DNA of 64,000 nt from a virus, in IMG/VR virus record IMGVR_UViG_3300022602_000001, one strand, 5' to 3'. Position 1 is the first letter of the stretch. Each line of letters begins with the position of its first letter. The notes below the pieces were generated by a model. That model did not search any database. It saw nothing but the letters and a program-made list of their open reading frames with translations, and was not told the origin of the DNA. Shown one piece after another: positions 18,459 to 28,782 of this stretch. The position numbers and the translations under genes are program-made.

Positions 18459-19892
18459 ATGCAAGTAAAAAACGACCTATATGAAATACTAACCCCAGAT
18501 GGATTTAGTGATTTTGACGGGCTACTTATTAAAACTACAGACATAGTTTTTTGCCTGGAGCTGTCTAACAACAAAACGTTAAAGTGCACTGAAGACCACT
18601 TGTTAAAATTTCCAAATGGAGAGTTTTTAGAGGCATGCCTATTGAGAGTAGGAGATGTTCTTTTTGAAGGAGTAGAGGTTTTATCTATAAACGTAGTAGA
18701 AGAGACAGTTGAAGTTTTTGATGCAACGCACGTAAAAAACGACAGTGAGTACTACACAAACGGCATCGTCAGTCACAACTGCGCATTTATAGATAACATT
18801 GATACAATATATACTGCGGCAAAAATGACTTTGGCCACGGGTGGAGGGTGCATAGCACTGTCTACTCCAAACGGAATAGGAAACTGGTTCCACGCAACCT
18901 ATTCAAAGGCGCAAAAGCAGGAGAACAACTTTCTTCCAATATCCCTTCCATGGACAGTGCACCCGGAAAGGGACGCAGAGTGGAGGAAGCAGCAGGACGT
19001 GGACCTGGGAGTCAGAATGGCTGCCCAGGAGTGCGACTGCGACTTTGCAACGTCTGGAAACACAGTCATACAGCCGGAGGTTCTCACCTGGTACGAGGAG
19101 AACCACGTCAAAGAACCAATAAACAGAGAGGGGCTGGACAAGTCGCTTTGGGTGTGGGAGTATCCAAACCCCATGAGATACTACATGGTAGTGGCAGACG
19201 TTGCCAGAGGGGACGGAATGGACTACTCGGCCTACCATGTCATAGACGTGGACACCCTAACGCAGGTGGCAGAGTACAAATCTCAGATAGACACTAGGTA
19301 CTTTGCCAATGAGCTGGTGGCCATAGCCACAAAGTACAACAGGGCACTGCTTGTAATAGAGAATGCAAACATAGGGTGGGACGTGATACAGTCAGTGCTA
19401 GAGAGCGGGTACAACAACCTGCACTACAGCCACAGGGCTGACAATAGCGCGGACTTTCAGACGTACCTGTCCGTGCACAACGGAAACAACCTGCTGGTAC
19501 CGGGCTTCACAATGGCAACAAAAATAAGATTGAACGTAATAGAGAAGATGAGGGACTACGTGGAGAACAAGCATGTGGTGTTCAGGTCCATAAGGCTGCT
19601 CGACGAGCTCAAGGTGTTCATATGGAAGAACGGAAAGCAGCAGGCAATGCAGGGCTACAACGACGACCTTGTGATGTCGTTTGCAATTGGAATGTTCCTC
19701 AGGGAAACTTCCGTGAGGTACAAAAAGGCCGCAGACAGCCTAACAGTGTCGGTCATGAACAGCATAGGAAAGAGCCAGGCTGACATGGGATTCTACAACT
19801 CAAACAGCATGAACAAGGACAATCCTTGGAACATGAAGGTTTCAGCTCCAGGCGGAGACTACACTCAGGACCTCACCTGGTTGGTATCTTAG
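18459..19892 (+). CDS. terL: 107-aa split C-intein + terminase large subunit C-fragment
   Basis: CTEDH block B; YYTNGIVSHN|CAFID junction at 18779/18780; STPNG, VADVARG, NDDLVMS nuclease motifs. Confidence 0.92.
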   Translation: MQVKNDLYEILTPDGFSDFDGLLIKTTDIVFCLELSNNKTLKCTEDHLLKFPNGEFLEACLLRVGDVLFEGVEVLSINVVEETVEVFDATHVKNDSEYYTNGIVSHNCAFIDNIDTIYTAAKMTLATGGGCIALSTPNGIGNWFHATYSKAQKQENNFLPISLPWTVHPERDAEWRKQQDVDLGVRMAAQECDCDFATSGNTVIQPEVLTWYEENHVKEPINREGLDKSLWVWEYPNPMRYYMVVADVARGDGMDYSAYHVIDVDTLTQVAEYKSQIDTRYFANELVAIATKYNRALLVIENANIGWDVIQSVLESGYNNLHYSHRADNSADFQTYLSVHNGNNLLVPGFTMATKIRLNVIEKMRDYVENKHVVFRSIRLLDELKVFIWKNGKQQAMQGYNDDLVMSFAIGMFLRETSVRYKKAADSLTVSVMNSIGKSQADMGFYNSNSMNKDNPWNMKVSAPGGDYTQDLTWLVS

Positions 19893-19906
19893 ACTAAAAA
19901 TTAATT

Positions 19907-22900
19907 ATGGCAGACGCACAAGTAAGAAAAGACAACATCTTTGCCTCATTGAGGAGGCTGTTCTCGACCGACGTGATAATAAGAAACACGGGGTCCAAGG
20001 GGATGGGAGGGCTAGTTGTCATGGACCCAGACAACATACAAGCAAACGGAGTAATACAGACAAACTCTCTGATAGACAGGTTCCACAAGGTGTACACAAC
20101 CTCAACGGCCTACGGAGTGAATCTGAACCTTGCACAGAACTACCAGTCTGCAAGGGTGCAGATCTATGCGGACTACGATGCAATGGACACGGACGCCATA
20201 ATATCCTCCGCTTTGGACATAATAGCGGACGAATGCTTAGGCGGAGAAACTGTCATACCTCTGTTGGATGGAAGCAAAAAGACAATAAAATCCCTGTACG
20301 AGGAAGGGGCCACTGATTTTTGGTTGTATGGACTGGGCGAAAATCAATCGTTTGTTCCTGTAAAAGCGCAAAAAATAGCTTACAACGGAAAAAAGCTGGT
20401 CTACAAAATAACTCTCGACGACGGAACAGAAATAAAAGCCACAAGCAATCACGTGTGGATCGATCCATTTGGAAAGCAGGTTATCACCGAGCAGCTAAAA
20501 ATTGGAAGCAGCATACTTGCTTTGCCTACTAAAGTATCTGATAGCAGTAAAATGTATGGATACGAAAAAATATGGAATGGCAAAACTTTTGAATATACAC
20601 ATCGTATAGTAGCAAATTACGATCCGCTATTAAAAGAACAAAAAAGATCTTTGAATGAAAATGAAACAAAGATAATTCACCACTCTTCTTTTAATAAAAG
20701 AAATAATAGTCCAGAGTATCTCCAGTGGGTAAATTGGACTGATCACAATAGAATACATGCCAAATACAATAAGCAGCTGTGGAATACCATAAATAAAAAC
20801 AGTGAGTTAAAAGATTACTACTACAATAGACTGATAGAAGGGCAAAAGAAATTTTGGGAAAATGTAAATAGAGAAGAGTTAAGTGAAAAAAAATCTTTGG
20901 CTATTAAAAATTACTTAAACAGTATAACTTCCGAAAAAAGAAAAGAAGTGTACGGAAAAAGTGGGAATAAAAATGGAATGTATGGAAACGGTGAAAAGCT
21001 ATTAAAAGAAAAAAATGGAAGATACTACAAAAATGCTGTGAGAAAAGAGGATGTATCTTTACAATACATAATAACAAAAATAAAAAATAATCCACATAAA
21101 AATATACTAAAAGAGATTCAAAATGAGCTAGGGATTATCAAATATGAGTGGAGAAAAATAATTAGAATTTTATTTAAGCAGTACAATTGCAATCATACAA
21201 AAGTACTAATAAATAAAATATTAATTGAGGATGCAGCTGATATAATAACATTGTTTAGACAATACTGCAATGACACTTATAAAGAAAATAAACGACTACT
21301 TGTAAAAGATTTTTGTGAAAAAAATAATGTGTCAGACGACATACTGAGAAGAATTGTATGTAATACTGGGTATTCTACTTTGACAGATTTTGCTAAATCA
21401 ACTAACCACAAAGTAATAAGCATTGAAGAGTGTGGATACGAGGACGTGTACGACGTTGTCAATGCAGGAAACAATCACATATTTGCAATAGAAACAAAGG
21501 ATGGATCAAAATTGTACACTCACAACTGCACTTTAAAAGATGAGTACGGCACTCTACTTCACATAACTTCAGCAGACGAAAACATACAAAACCTGCTTGA
21601 ACAGCTGTTTTACTCCGTCCTTAACATAGAGTTCAATCTGTGGGGGTGGATAAGGAACATGTGTAAATATGGGGATTTCTACCTAAAAATGGAAATTTCC
21701 GAAAACTTTGGAGTCTACAACGTGGTTCCTTTTTCGTCTTACAACATAGTCAGGCAGGAGGGATTCAATCCCCACAATCCAAACGAGGTGAGGTTCAAAT
21801 TTGATCCCAATGCAGCACTGGGATCCACCACAGGATACACATCCGCTTACAACAATCAGGACCCAGGAATATGGTTTGACAACTACGAGATGGCTCACTT
21901 TAGGTTCACAGGAGACGTGAACTATCTCCCCTACGGAAAGTCCTACCTTGAAAATGCAAGAAAGCTATTCAAGCAGTACACCCTGATTGAGGATGCAATG
22001 CTGATACACAGGATAGTGAGGGCCCCGGACAAGAGGGCTTACTACGTTAACGTGGGAGCAATCCCACCGGCTGAGGTGGAGAACTACGTCCAGAGGATGA
22101 TGAACAAGATGAAAAAGACCCCTCTGGTGGATCCTTCAACCGGACAGTACAACATGATGTACAATGTGCAGAACATGCTGGAGGACTACTTCATACCCTT
22201 CAGAGGGTCTGGAGACACGACGAGGATAGACACAATACCAGGACTTACCTACAATGGGATAGAGGACGTTCAGTACTTTAGAGAGAAAATTTTTGCAGCG
22301 CTGAAGATACCAAAGGCCTTCATGGGGTACGAAAAAGATTTGTGTATAGTCCCAGAAACAAAAATACCTCTGCTGAATGGAGAAGTAAAGACAGTCGCAG
22401 AGTTGATAGAAGATTTTGAAAATGGAGTAGACAACTACACGTATTCCATAGATGAAAAAACAAACAACATAGTTCCTGGAAAAATACTTTGGGCGGGATA
22501 CACCAGGAAGAATGCAGACTTGGTTAGGGTTTGGTTGGACAATGATAAATTTGTGGATTGCACTCCAGACCACAATTTTATGACAAGAAATGGCCAGTGG
22601 ATAGAGGCTCAAAACTTAAAAGAAGGACAGTCTCTAATGCCGAAAGATATAATTGAGTTGATCGAAGTTGGCAGAGTGGAATCTCTTGACTACAAAAAAG
22701 ATACATGTGACCTTCACATAGAAGACCATCACAATTTTGCTGTGGATTCAGGCGTAATAATTCACAACTCAGGAAAAGCAACTCTTGCCGCAGAGGACAT
22801 AAGGTTTGCAAGAACCATAGAAAGAATACAGAGGATTGTAATATCCGAGCTTAAAAAGATAGCATTAGTGCACCTCTACGCAAACGGGTACGAGGACGAG

Positions 22901-23557
22901 TCAGTCGCAAACTTCCAGCTGAGTCTGACCGGCCCTTCAATAATATACGAGCAGGAGAGGCTATCAATGTTAAAAGAGAAAGTCGATCTGATCAACCAGG
23001 CTTCTGAGGCGGCAACCCTTCCAAGGGACTACATATGGAAGAACGTGTTCCACATATCTGAGGACGAGTTCAACGAGATGGAGGACATGATAATAGAGGA
23101 CCAAAAGAGGAAGTTCAGGTACAAGCAGATACAGGAGGAAGGAAACGATCCTGCTGAAACCGGCCAAGCATTTGGTACTCCTCACCAGCTTGCAAGTCTG
23201 TACGGAGGGAAGGGAGACGGCCATCTGAAAGTTCCGTCTGGATACGACGAGCTGGATCCAAACAGGCCAACAAAGATACCAGGCAGGCCTCAAAAGTACA
23301 AGTCAACTTACGGCACGGACGACTCTCCATTTGGAAGGGACAGGCTTGGATCCTACGATCTGAAGTCGAATGCAGAGACTGGGGAGGACAGCTTCAAGCC
23401 AAAATTCAAGGGAGGACCGCTGAACTTGGAGAGCACGGCCGGCACAAGGGCAATATTCTCGCAGTACCAAAAGCAGCTGCAGAAGGCGTTCCCAAAGAGG
23501 AAGACCAGCCTATTTGAGTCGTCCACCCTGGATGAAAACAACATACTGGAAGACTGA
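19907..23557 (+). CDS. Portal protein (gp20-like) with two cis inteins
   Basis: ALDIIADE, KYGDF, HFR, EDAMLIHRIVRAP, EDYFIP, ALKIPK, EDIRFARTIERIQ. Confidence 0.92.
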   Translation: MADAQVRKDNIFASLRRLFSTDVIIRNTGSKGMGGLVVMDPDNIQANGVIQTNSLIDRFHKVYTTSTAYGVNLNLAQNYQSARVQIYADYDAMDTDAIISSALDIIADECLGGETVIPLLDGSKKTIKSLYEEGATDFWLYGLGENQSFVPVKAQKIAYNGKKLVYKITLDDGTEIKATSNHVWIDPFGKQVITEQLKIGSSILALPTKVSDSSKMYGYEKIWNGKTFEYTHRIVANYDPLLKEQKRSLNENETKIIHHSSFNKRNNSPEYLQWVNWTDHNRIHAKYNKQLWNTINKNSELKDYYYNRLIEGQKKFWENVNREELSEKKSLAIKNYLNSITSEKRKEVYGKSGNKNGMYGNGEKLLKEKNGRYYKNAVRKEDVSLQYIITKIKNNPHKNILKEIQNELGIIKYEWRKIIRILFKQYNCNHTKVLINKILIEDAADIITLFRQYCNDTYKENKRLLVKDFCEKNNVSDDILRRIVCNTGYSTLTDFAKSTNHKVISIEECGYEDVYDVVNAGNNHIFAIETKDGSKLYTHNCTLKDEYGTLLHITSADENIQNLLEQLFYSVLNIEFNLWGWIRNMCKYGDFYLKMEISENFGVYNVVPFSSYNIVRQEGFNPHNPNEVRFKFDPNAALGSTTGYTSAYNNQDPGIWFDNYEMAHFRFTGDVNYLPYGKSYLENARKLFKQYTLIEDAMLIHRIVRAPDKRAYYVNVGAIPPAEVENYVQRMMNKMKKTPLVDPSTGQYNMMYNVQNMLEDYFIPFRGSGDTTRIDTIPGLTYNGIEDVQYFREKIFAALKIPKAFMGYEKDLCIVPETKIPLLNGEVKTVAELIEDFENGVDNYTYSIDEKTNNIVPGKILWAGYTRKNADLVRVWLDNDKFVDCTPDHNFMTRNGQWIEAQNLKEGQSLMPKDIIELIEVGRVESLDYKKDTCDLHIEDHHNFAVDSGVIIHNSGKATLAAEDIRFARTIERIQRIVISELKKIALVHLYANGYEDESVANFQLSLTGPSIIYEQERLSMLKEKVDLINQASEAATLPRDYIWKNVFHISEDEFNEMEDMIIEDQKRKFRYKQIQEEGNDPAETGQAFGTPHQLASLYGGKGDGHLKVPSGYDELDPNRPTKIPGRPQKYKSTYGTDDSPFGRDRLGSYDLKSNAETGEDSFKPKFKGGPLNLESTAGTRAIFSQYQKQLQKAFPKRKTSLFESSTLDENNILED
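20234..21526 (+). mobile_element. Portal intein 1 (431 aa) with HNH homing endonuclease
   Basis: ADE|CLGGET ... ATSNH ... IHHSSFNKRNN ... YTHN|CTL; AT-rich core. Confidence 0.9.
22343..22768 (+). mobile_element. Portal intein 2 (142-aa mini-intein)
   Basis: KDL|CIVPET ... CTPDH ... IIHN|SGK. Confidence 0.9.
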
Positions 23558-23588
23558 TGCATATTTATTATCAGTATCAAAAGACACT

Positions 23589-24440
23589 ATGGGAATAAAG
23601 CATAGCAAATATAGAAACACCGGCATTTTGTTTGAACTGTTGGTGAGGCAGACCACTGCCGATCTTCTGGAAAACAGGGACTCAAAGGCGGTAAAAATAC
23701 TAAAAAAGTACTTCACCAACACGGACCTTGGAAGAGAGTACAACCTGTACAACACTCTGGTGAGCAGCAAAAAGCTGACCGAGTCGAAGGCCGAGATGCT
23801 GATATCCACAGTGGTCGACCAGTACAAAAAAATAGACTACGAGAGCACAAACAGGCTTAAGTATAATCTGATAAGGGAGATCAAAAATTCCTACAACCTG
23901 GACGACTTTTTCAAGGCAAAGATAGATAACTACAAGTCGTACGCCTCAATATACACAATATTCGAGTCCCAACACTCAAACAGCAGCGACACAAAGCAAA
24001 TAGTTGCCAACAAAATAACCCTGCTTGAAAAAATAAGCAAAGACGACATAAAGAACAAGGCTGCATCCGTTGCTCTTGTGGAGGAGCTGATGAAGGAGGA
24101 CAAGGAAATCAGGCTGATGACCTACAAGATACTGGTTGAAAAGTTCAACGACAAGTATGGAACTCTGTCTGCCAAGCAGAAAGGCCTTTTGAAGGAGTAC
24201 ATATCCAGCATATCAGACACTCAAACCCTTAAGCAGTCGCTGAACAAGAGGCTGGTGTCAATAAAAAATGAGCTGACAGCTCTATCAAAAACTGTTGAGA
24301 GCCCAGTGATAGCAATAAAATTAAACGAGGTGGTCAAGCTGATAGCTCCAATAAAGGACAGCATAGGAGTAAAGGACGATGTCCTGTCTGGAATGCTTCA
24401 GTACTACGACTTGATAGACGAACTAAAATCAGCTAAGTGA
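23589..24440 (+). CDS. Conserved helical protein downstream of portal (head assembly)
   Basis: IKHSKYRNTGILFELLVRQ N-terminus; ATG after ATATTTAT at 23561. Confidence 0.7.
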   Translation: MGIKHSKYRNTGILFELLVRQTTADLLENRDSKAVKILKKYFTNTDLGREYNLYNTLVSSKKLTESKAEMLISTVVDQYKKIDYESTNRLKYNLIREIKNSYNLDDFFKAKIDNYKSYASIYTIFESQHSNSSDTKQIVANKITLLEKISKDDIKNKAASVALVEELMKEDKEIRLMTYKILVEKFNDKYGTLSAKQKGLLKEYISSISDTQTLKQSLNKRLVSIKNELTALSKTVESPVIAIKLNEVVKLIAPIKDSIGVKDDVLSGMLQYYDLIDELKSAK

Positions 24441-25324
24441 TGGGCAACAAATTTTCTGTCCAATTTTTCTCCCAAAGGATGCTGTCAGAGGACGAGCACC
24501 CAGACGTTGTTTTTTCTATGAGCAACGAGGGACTCGCCACTCTTTTAAACAACGACTACAGAGGAAAGTTCAAGCCAATAGACGGATCTGGGAGCGCCTA
24601 CTACTGCATGAAGAACGACGACTTTGATGCATTCATAGACCAGGCATCACAGTACGTAAGAAAGCCGATGGACTACGTTGAAATTAAGAACGACATGAGG
24701 CCAGACGCCGACCTTGGATACGAGCCAAAGCCTGGCGCCCTAAAAGAGGACGCAGCTCCAGCTTCCACAACAGGCACTGGAGCATCATTTTCTTCTGGAA
24801 CGGGCGAGCAGTACGCTCCTGGGCTGGACGTTTCAAAGAAGAAGCACTCTGGCAGCAAAAAAACAAAGAGGGAGTCAAACGACTACTCTCAAAGATATCA
24901 AGGTACTCAGACGACAGTCAGTGAAAAGAAGAACCAGGACGTGGAGCCAAAGCTGGCAGCTGGCAATGCAAAAAATTATGCAAAGGACAAGATGGGCTGG
25001 ACTCCAGCGCCAAAGATACCAAACAGGCCAACAAAGGGAGGATTCATCTACAATGAACTTTGGGAGCATGAGGAAAACGGCAGAGTTCTTGAGGAGGGGT
25101 CTTTGAAGAGAGAAATAAAAGTCAGGAACGAAAAGCAGCAGTACCGTGAGGCTATAAAACTTGCAAAGAAGAAGCTGTCCGAGGCAAACAAAATACTGGA
25201 AATTTCCGAAAAAATAAAAGAGGAGTTTCCCAATGGGCCGTTCTACGAGTCCAGGTCAAAGAAGGTCAGCGAAGGGCTAAAGTCCCAGGTGGCAGAGATA
25301 TACAAAAGAATAAAAAGGTTGTGA
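24437..25324 (+). CDS. Probable prohead core/internal protein
   Basis: Repeated LSE/LKE/VSE/LEE sites; position in head module. Confidence 0.55.
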   Translation: MMGNKFSVQFFSQRMLSEDEHPDVVFSMSNEGLATLLNNDYRGKFKPIDGSGSAYYCMKNDDFDAFIDQASQYVRKPMDYVEIKNDMRPDADLGYEPKPGALKEDAAPASTTGTGASFSSGTGEQYAPGLDVSKKKHSGSKKTKRESNDYSQRYQGTQTTVSEKKNQDVEPKLAAGNAKNYAKDKMGWTPAPKIPNRPTKGGFIYNELWEHEENGRVLEEGSLKREIKVRNEKQQYREAIKLAKKKLSEANKILEISEKIKEEFPNGPFYESRSKKVSEGLKSQVAEIYKRIKRL

Positions 25325-25371
25325 TGCTCCAATTTTCGTAAAAGTGTCACGGCACGTCAATATTTATTAGC

Positions 25372-26733
25372 ATGACAACAGCAGCAAATTTGTACAAGCA
25401 GTTGAAGGAGGGAAAGATAAGCAAATCAAAATTCCTCTGCGAGGTTAGAAAGGACGAGGGGCTTCCCTTCATAACCAACATGACCTCATTCAAGGATGCA
25501 GAGCAGATGTTAAAAAACAAGAACATCATAAAGGAGTGGTCAAAGGAAGACCAGGAGACGACCTACCTAATAGACAAGCTGAACCCTTACAGGTTCAAGA
25601 GGGCCATGTACGCTGAGATGAAGAAGTTGGGAAGCGGACCCTTTGACGATTCTGTTTACATAAAGATCAGAGAAAAGGTTGCAAAAAAGATGGCAGCCGA
25701 TCCAATGGCCTACAGAGAGGAGGAGTTCATGAACTCCGACGACATAAAAAAGAAGGACGAAAAGCTCAAGTGGGTGGAAGTGAAGAAGGACAACCTTGTG
25801 GACAAGGCGCGCCAAATGTCAAAAATTAAAGGACAAGAATCTTTAAAAGCCCAAAAGTCCCCAAAGACAGAGAACAGAAAGGGAAAGCCAAAGGGAGTGA
25901 AGGAGATGACGACCAGGGCAAAAAAGGCCAAGGGAATAGCTGAGGTGATGCCTGAAACAAAGAAGGAGAGGGTGGTTGAGAGCCTGTTCGGAGAAATCTT
26001 CAAAAAAAAAATTCATCTAGCTGAGGACACCCACCACAGGTTTGGAATGGGCCAGGCAGTCCCTCTTCCTGAAAAGGACAGGGCCGCATTTGGGTGCGAC
26101 CACGGAACCATAAAGGACATAAAGGGAGGAACTCTGTACCTGGAGCTAGAGGTGACGGACGAGCAGGGCCAGCCATTGGTCATTTCAAGGCAGATAAATG
26201 CAATAGAGCACGGACTGGGAGGAAAGCCCCAGGTTCAAAAAGAATCTGTGAAGGAGCCGGTGACCAACTCAAGCGGCCACGCCCTGACGACAGGACAGGA
26301 GGTGATCAACGGAGACGGAGAAAAGGTGAGAATAGATGGATTCATCAGAGAAAAAAATGGAAAGGTGGATGCACTGATAAAGAGCTCAAGCACAATGTTC
26401 AACCACAGAGTCGACGTGGACACCCTGTCTCCCGTTAAAAAAGAGGAGCCAAAATCAAACGCATTCAGCAGGCTTCCAAACTTGGGAGGAGCAGGGCAGA
26501 GCTGGTTGAGCAGCATGGCGTCAAAGCAGCCAGAGGACGGAAAGATGAATAGGCTCGTTAGTAGGCTTAGGGAGATCTCAAAGCAGAACAAAAGAACAGG
26601 CAAAGAATCAGCTCAACAGATGAACGAGGACGGAGAGAACGACCAGTTGAACATTCCGCAAGTGTCCTCGAACGACAAGCAGACCCAGGAAAAATTAAAA
26701 CAGCAAAAGAAGCCATTCACAATATACAAATGA
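25372..26733 (+). CDS. Probable prohead core/internal protein
   Basis: Lys/Glu-rich with LKE/IKE/LAE/LRE sites; directly before the protease. Confidence 0.55.
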   Translation: MTTAANLYKQLKEGKISKSKFLCEVRKDEGLPFITNMTSFKDAEQMLKNKNIIKEWSKEDQETTYLIDKLNPYRFKRAMYAEMKKLGSGPFDDSVYIKIREKVAKKMAADPMAYREEEFMNSDDIKKKDEKLKWVEVKKDNLVDKARQMSKIKGQESLKAQKSPKTENRKGKPKGVKEMTTRAKKAKGIAEVMPETKKERVVESLFGEIFKKKIHLAEDTHHRFGMGQAVPLPEKDRAAFGCDHGTIKDIKGGTLYLELEVTDEQGQPLVISRQINAIEHGLGGKPQVQKESVKEPVTNSSGHALTTGQEVINGDGEKVRIDGFIREKNGKVDALIKSSSTMFNHRVDVDTLSPVKKEEPKSNAFSRLPNLGGAGQSWLSSMASKQPEDGKMNRLVSRLREISKQNKRTGKESAQQMNEDGENDQLNIPQVSSNDKQTQEKLKQQKKPFTIYK

Positions 26734-27368
26734 TAAGCAAACAACTTCTCATAGAGCACTCTCTTTTCCATCCAATGTCCCCCTTGAACGAGGGAGCAAG
26801 GAGCAGAAACGGAAACATGGTTGTGATGGGCCAGGTTCAAGCAAGCGACAAGCCCAACGCAAACAAGAGGATATATCCGTACGACATACTGGAAAAGCAG
26901 GTGGAAAAGTACATGTTGGGTCCAATAAAGGAAAACAGGGCCTTGGGAGAACTCGACCACCCTGAATCTTCTGTAATAAACCTAAAGAACGTCAGCCACA
27001 ACATAATAGACCTCTGGTGGCAGGGAAAGGACCTCTATGGAAAGATTGAGGTGCTTCCGACTCCATCGGGAAACATACTCAGGCAACTGTTCGAGAACAA
27101 CATAACGGTTGGAATTTCTTCTAGAGCAATGGGATCAGTGTCCCCAATAGGAGAGGGGATAGTAAAGGTGGAGGACGACCTCGACCTAATATGTTGGGAC
27201 TTTGTGTCCACACCATCCACCTACGGCGCCTACATGAAGCCTGTGGGAAGCAGGGGGCTTCAGGAGTCCTACGACAGGACCGTCAAGCTCGAGGACAAGT
27301 ACTCAAGAGCAAACAAAATGATCTCAGAGATCATCTGCACGCTAAGCGGCGTCTGCTGCATAAACTAA
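26730..27368 (+). CDS. Prohead maturation protease (gp21-like)
   Basis: NANKRIYP, ALGELDHP, TPSG, GISSRAMGS, WDFVSTPS. Confidence 0.93.
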   Translation: MISKQLLIEHSLFHPMSPLNEGARSRNGNMVVMGQVQASDKPNANKRIYPYDILEKQVEKYMLGPIKENRALGELDHPESSVINLKNVSHNIIDLWWQGKDLYGKIEVLPTPSGNILRQLFENNITVGISSRAMGSVSPIGEGIVKVEDDLDLICWDFVSTPSTYGAYMKPVGSRGLQESYDRTVKLEDKYSRANKMISEIICTLSGVCCIN

Positions 27369-27519
27369 AAATTTTTTTTTGATGGGCAAATTCTCAATTG
27401 AGCCCATATATTTATTGTTACATGCACCACTGAAAATCTACAATGCGGTGCTAACAGCGTAACAAACCCATATTGCTTTGTCTCCAATAAGCAATCAGAA
27501 TTAACAAATAACTATTTAC

Positions 27520-28782
27520 ATGCAAGAGAACTTGTACAAACAGGCTATTGCTGATGCAAAGGCATTGAGAGCTAGTGCAATTGCCAATGCAAAAGCAGCA
27601 CTTCAAGAAACGTTTGCTCCCCAGGTGGAGGCGATCGTAAAACAATCTTTAAGGGAAGAGGCAGAAGACGAGCTGGAAGAATCAGCCGACGAGGAGCCCA
27701 TCGAAAAAGATGCAAGAAAAAAATTGGGCATCAGAGGAGAGATGGGAAGCAAGTACAGCGACACCTACACCCAAAAGGCAAAAAAATTAGGTGATGGCGA
27801 CTATCCAGAGGACCTGGACGAGGAAGAAAAAATGGAAGAGGCTCGCAGAAAAAAGCACCACGAAAAAATTGAGGAGCGCAAGCGCCACAAAAAGATGGAA
27901 GAAAGGCGCCACAAAGTGGAAGAGTCAGAAGAAGAACTCGAAGAGTCCGAGGAAGAAATGGACGAAGATTCTTTGGAAGAAATTCTAAGAGAGTTGGAAG
28001 AAATGGACGAGGACCAGGAAGAGGAAGAAGAGGGCCACCACTTGGAGGAGGAAGAAGAGGAGTCAGAAGAAGAACCAGAGGAGGAGCACGAAAACGAGGA
28101 CGATGAAGAGATTGTTTTGACCTTTGGCCAACTTAAGCAGGCCCTTGAGCCGTTCATCGGCGGAGAGGGAGACGAAGAGGGCGGTGAAGAGTCTGACGTT
28201 GACCTCGATGAGATTCTTGGTGAGGACGACCACGTTGGTATGGAAGAAGGCCTTCACGACACGATCAAAAAGGTTGGAACTGCAGTAAAGTCTGGCATCA
28301 AAAAGGCCAAGGACTACTACAAGCAGGAGCTGTCTCCAAATAGCGTGAAGCAGGGTGGAAAATACCACGGTCGCCATGCAACTCTGTCTTCAAACTTTGA
28401 AGAGGCTAAAAAAATGGAGGAGCGCAAGCACAAGAAGGAGATGGAGGAGGCCAAAAAGGCCATAGAGGAGCTGAGAGGCTCTTTGAACGAGGTCAACCTT
28501 TTGAATGCCAAGCTGCTCTACATGAACAGAATCTTCAAGGCAAAATCCTTGACGGAGTCTCAGAAGGTAAAGGTTGTAGGTGCATTTGACAGAGCATCAA
28601 ACGTGAAAGAGGTGAAGAACATCTATGCAACCCTCAACGAGTCAATAACATCAAAAAAAAGGCAATTGAGAGAGAACTACAACGGTTTTGCCTCAAAGCC
28701 TTCCGGCACAGCGCAGAGACAACTGATAACAGAGGCAGATCCCTTTGTTGCTAGAATGCAGAGGCTTGCCGGCATAAACTAA
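27520..28782 (+). CDS. Capsid scaffold protein
   Basis: Highly acidic; AIADAK N-terminus; LNEVNLLNAKLLY; RMQRLAGI C-terminus; between protease and capsid. Confidence 0.85.
   Translation: MQENLYKQAIADAKALRASAIANAKAALQETFAPQVEAIVKQSLREEAEDELEESADEEPIEKDARKKLGIRGEMGSKYSDTYTQKAKKLGDGDYPEDLDEEEKMEEARRKKHHEKIEERKRHKKMEERRHKVEESEEELEESEEEMDEDSLEEILRELEEMDEDQEEEEEGHHLEEEEEESEEEPEEEHENEDDEEIVLTFGQLKQALEPFIGGEGDEEGGEESDVDLDEILGEDDHVGMEEGLHDTIKKVGTAVKSGIKKAKDYYKQELSPNSVKQGGKYHGRHATLSSNFEEAKKMEERKHKKEMEEAKKAIEELRGSLNEVNLLNAKLLYMNRIFKAKSLTESQKVKVVGAFDRASNVKEVKNIYATLNESITSKKRQLRENYNGFASKPSGTAQRQLITEADPFVARMQRLAGIN

Noticed and set aside
27820-28230. GAA/GAG-rich low-complexity tract as a DNA repeat element
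   Set aside because: It simply encodes the acidic scaffold protein
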